From assembly GCF_009914755.1 (NCBI RefSeq), contig NC_060927.1: a stretch of DNA of 64,000 bases; one strand, written 5' to 3'. The DNA comes from the human T2T-CHM13v2.0 reference genome, Homo sapiens. Shown piece by piece: positions 61,700 through 64,000 of this stretch (position 1 is the stretch's first letter; each line of letters begins with the position of its first letter). Made by a program: the position numbers and the translations under genes. Below the pieces are notes generated by a model. The model was not told where the DNA came from, ran no database searches, and worked only from the letters and a program-made list of their open reading frames with translations.

Positions 61700-62500
61700 T
61701 TTTAGATTCATGCTAATTTTACCCCATTATCACTGTAGCAACTACCTCCTTCTTGCCTCCCACACCCACTTCTCTTCTGCGAGACTTCGTTCTATCCATC
61801 CTCTTTTGCTCTAGAATCTTCAATCTCAGTTGGCTTTTCCCCCTAATTTCACTGTTTCTACAAGTGACCAGCCTCTCTCTTTCCTACCAGTCCTTGGCAA
61901 ACCTCTTGAAGGAGTATTATTACACTCTTTACGTCTACATCCTCACCACCTTCTTTGGGTCCTTGAAGTCAGGTTTCAGTGTCTACCATTCTGAAGAAAT
62001 TGTTCTCTCAGAGGTCATTGGTGGCATCCTCAGATCCAAAAGCCTTCACTCTGACTTCATCCTCTGCCACTGCTCCATGCCAGTTAACATAGTTGACTGC
62101 CTGGTGACTCCCACTGGTCTTTCCAAGTTCTCTTTCTGTTTCATAGACTGCTTCTTGTCTACCTTCCTAGATAGCTTATCCCCCTTTGAATGTAGGCATT
62201 TGCCAGGACAGGCCAACTCTTTGCTTTCCACAGTATTTCTCCCCTGGGACTATCATCTACTACTGTTTCAACTTCCCTTCTGTGCTGAAACTCCCAAATT
62301 TTTACCTTCACCACTGCTGGCCTGAGTTCCATCTAGTCCCATGTGTGCACTTACTCCTAGATATCTCACCAGTTCCTCAACCACAGGATTCCAAAGCCAA
62401 ACTCTCTTGTCCTCTACCAGTCTTCTAATTGCTCTTACTAGGACTAATCTTCTTGTCATCAGGGCCCACAGCAATTGCTGGTCTAGTCTTTGTATGTCTT
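61700..62500 (+). mobile_element. L2 ORF2 (reverse transcriptase) remnant
   Basis: The translation LANLLKE..LKSGFSVYHSEEIVLSEVIGGILRSKS resembles L2 RT (LSKLLER..LQSGFRPHHSTETAL.KVTNDL..AKS). Confidence 0.75.
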
Positions 62501-62559
62501 GCATCTTTAGAACATGTAACATACTCCATTTTACATCTTATAGCATAATCATTATTTCT

Positions 62560-63645
62560 CCATTTTTCTCGTTTATTGAGGTATAATTTATTTTTACTAA
62601 ATGTGCACAAATATTAAGCATACAGATTGATACACTTTTACATATGTGTGTACTATATAGTCTCTATCCAGATTAAGTTATAGAATATTTCCAACTCTGC
62701 CACTAGCCTCCTTTGTGGCACATTCCAGTTGATATCCACTTTCTTACTGAGAGGTTGCCACCATTTGATGTCTATTACTGTAGATTAATTCTGTCTGTTT
62801 TGGACTGCATGCATGTGGACTCTCATATTAATGGAAATGCAACTTCATATAAATGGAATTTACATTGCCATCAGAAATGTATGCAAACTCTAGTTGCTTC
62901 ACTTCTTTAACATTTGGTAATATCTTTTTATTTAGCCTTTCTGGCCAGGCGCAGTGGCTCATGCTTGTAGTCCCAGCAGTTTGGGAGGCTGAGGCAGGCA
63001 GATCACTTGAACTTAGAAGTTCAAGGCCAGCCTAGAAAACATGGAGAAACCCTGTCTCTACAAAAAATACAAACATTAGCTGGGCATGGTGGTGCATGCC
63101 TGTGGTCCCAGCTACCTGCGGGGGCTGAGGTGGGAGGATCGCTTGAGCCCAGGAGGCAGAGGTTGCAGTGAGCGGAGATCGCACCACTGTACTCCATCCA
63201 CCCTGGGTGACAGGGCCAAGACCTTGTCTCTAAATAAGTAAATAAATATTAGCCTTTCTGGTAGGGCTGTAGTACTCCCTCGTTGTAAATTTAATTTGTA
63301 TTTCCCTGATGATTTATAATGTTGAAACTCCCTTTCACATGCTTATTTGCATATTCTCTTTAAGGCCCCTTCAAGTCTGTTTCTTTTATATTGGGTTGTC
63401 AGTCTTATTTTTTATTAAATTATTGGTTTATAGGAGTTGTTCATATATTCTGTATGTGAGTCTTTTGTTGGTTATACATAAGCAAATATCTTCTCCCAAT
63501 CTGTAACTTGCCTTTTCATCCTGTTGTTGTATTTTGATTAACATAACTTATTTATTTCAATAAAGTCTTACTTTTTTAACCTTTTATGATTGGTGACTTT
63601 ATGTTCTTTTCAAGAAATTTTTAACTTCTTCAAGGTCATGAAGAT
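62560..63645 (-). mobile_element. L1M (L1MB/ME-type) 3' region interrupted by an Alu
   Basis: tttattgaggtataattta..aaatgtgcacaaatattaag; ttaatttgtatttccctgatg; gcaaatatcttctcccaatctgt. Confidence 0.8.
62943..63248 (+). mobile_element. Alu (AluJb-like)
   Basis: gggaggatcgcttgagcccagg; (TAAA)n tail; TSD ttagcctttct. Confidence 0.94.
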
Positions 63646-63687
63646 AAAACTGAAACACAGAAAGGTTAAGTGGTTTGCACTAAGATT

Positions 63688-64000
63688 GTGGCAGACTGAG
63701 TTTTCCTCAAAACTTTAATTGTCCCCCTCTTCCTGGGTATATGGCTGCCCAACCAGACATTTCTAGCTTTTCCAGTACTGAGAAGTGGCTATGTGAGTTT
63801 GGATTGGATCATTGAACTATAAGTAGAAGAGATGGTCATCCCTAACTTGAAAGCAAGACACTTTTCATGTATTTTGCCATTTTCCCCACCCATGCCCTAA
63901 CTCCCTACCATGCCCTATAACAGAGATATGGTAGAGTTTCAGTATTGATCATGTGGATGAAGACAACTCTGAATGGTTTCATGGAGCAGAACGACTTTTA
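63688..64000 (+). mobile_element. MLT1I/J-like MaLR LTR, running off the window
   Basis: tgtggcagact..cttcctgggtatatggct..acatttctagc..gtggctatgtga..agtagaag. Confidence 0.55.

Overview
Primate (almost certainly human) AT-rich genomic DNA, not prokaryotic. The only real protein-coding sequence is the 2.8-kb exon of FILIP1L (filamin A interacting protein 1-like / DOC1) on the minus strand. It has an acceptor at 8117, an internal GTAAGT donor at 5341, a read-through stop at 5321-5323 and a 3' UTR to about 4975. A CpG island at about 33080-33490 holds an AUG-less alternative first exon with a palindromic CArG/TATA-like box, a CRE and a consensus donor at 33103; splicing it to the big exon would give an 893-aa protein starting at MVVDEQ. 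From recalled knowledge of human 3q12.1 (not visible in the sequence), the window lies inside an intron of the opposite-strand gene CMSS1. The rest is intron with Alu, MIR, L1, L2, MaLR LTR and many hAT/Tigger DNA-transposon relics, plus microsatellites and small tandem duplications. The best new lead is that the giant exon is bracketed by an inverted MER1B pair and, if back-spliced, forms a 2776-nt circle encoding an 892-aa near-complete FILIP1L with a unique C-terminus (QSQITIKEAN). No CRISPR, rRNA or tRNA was seen. Repeat family names come from recalled consensus sequences, and old-repeat boundaries are approximate.
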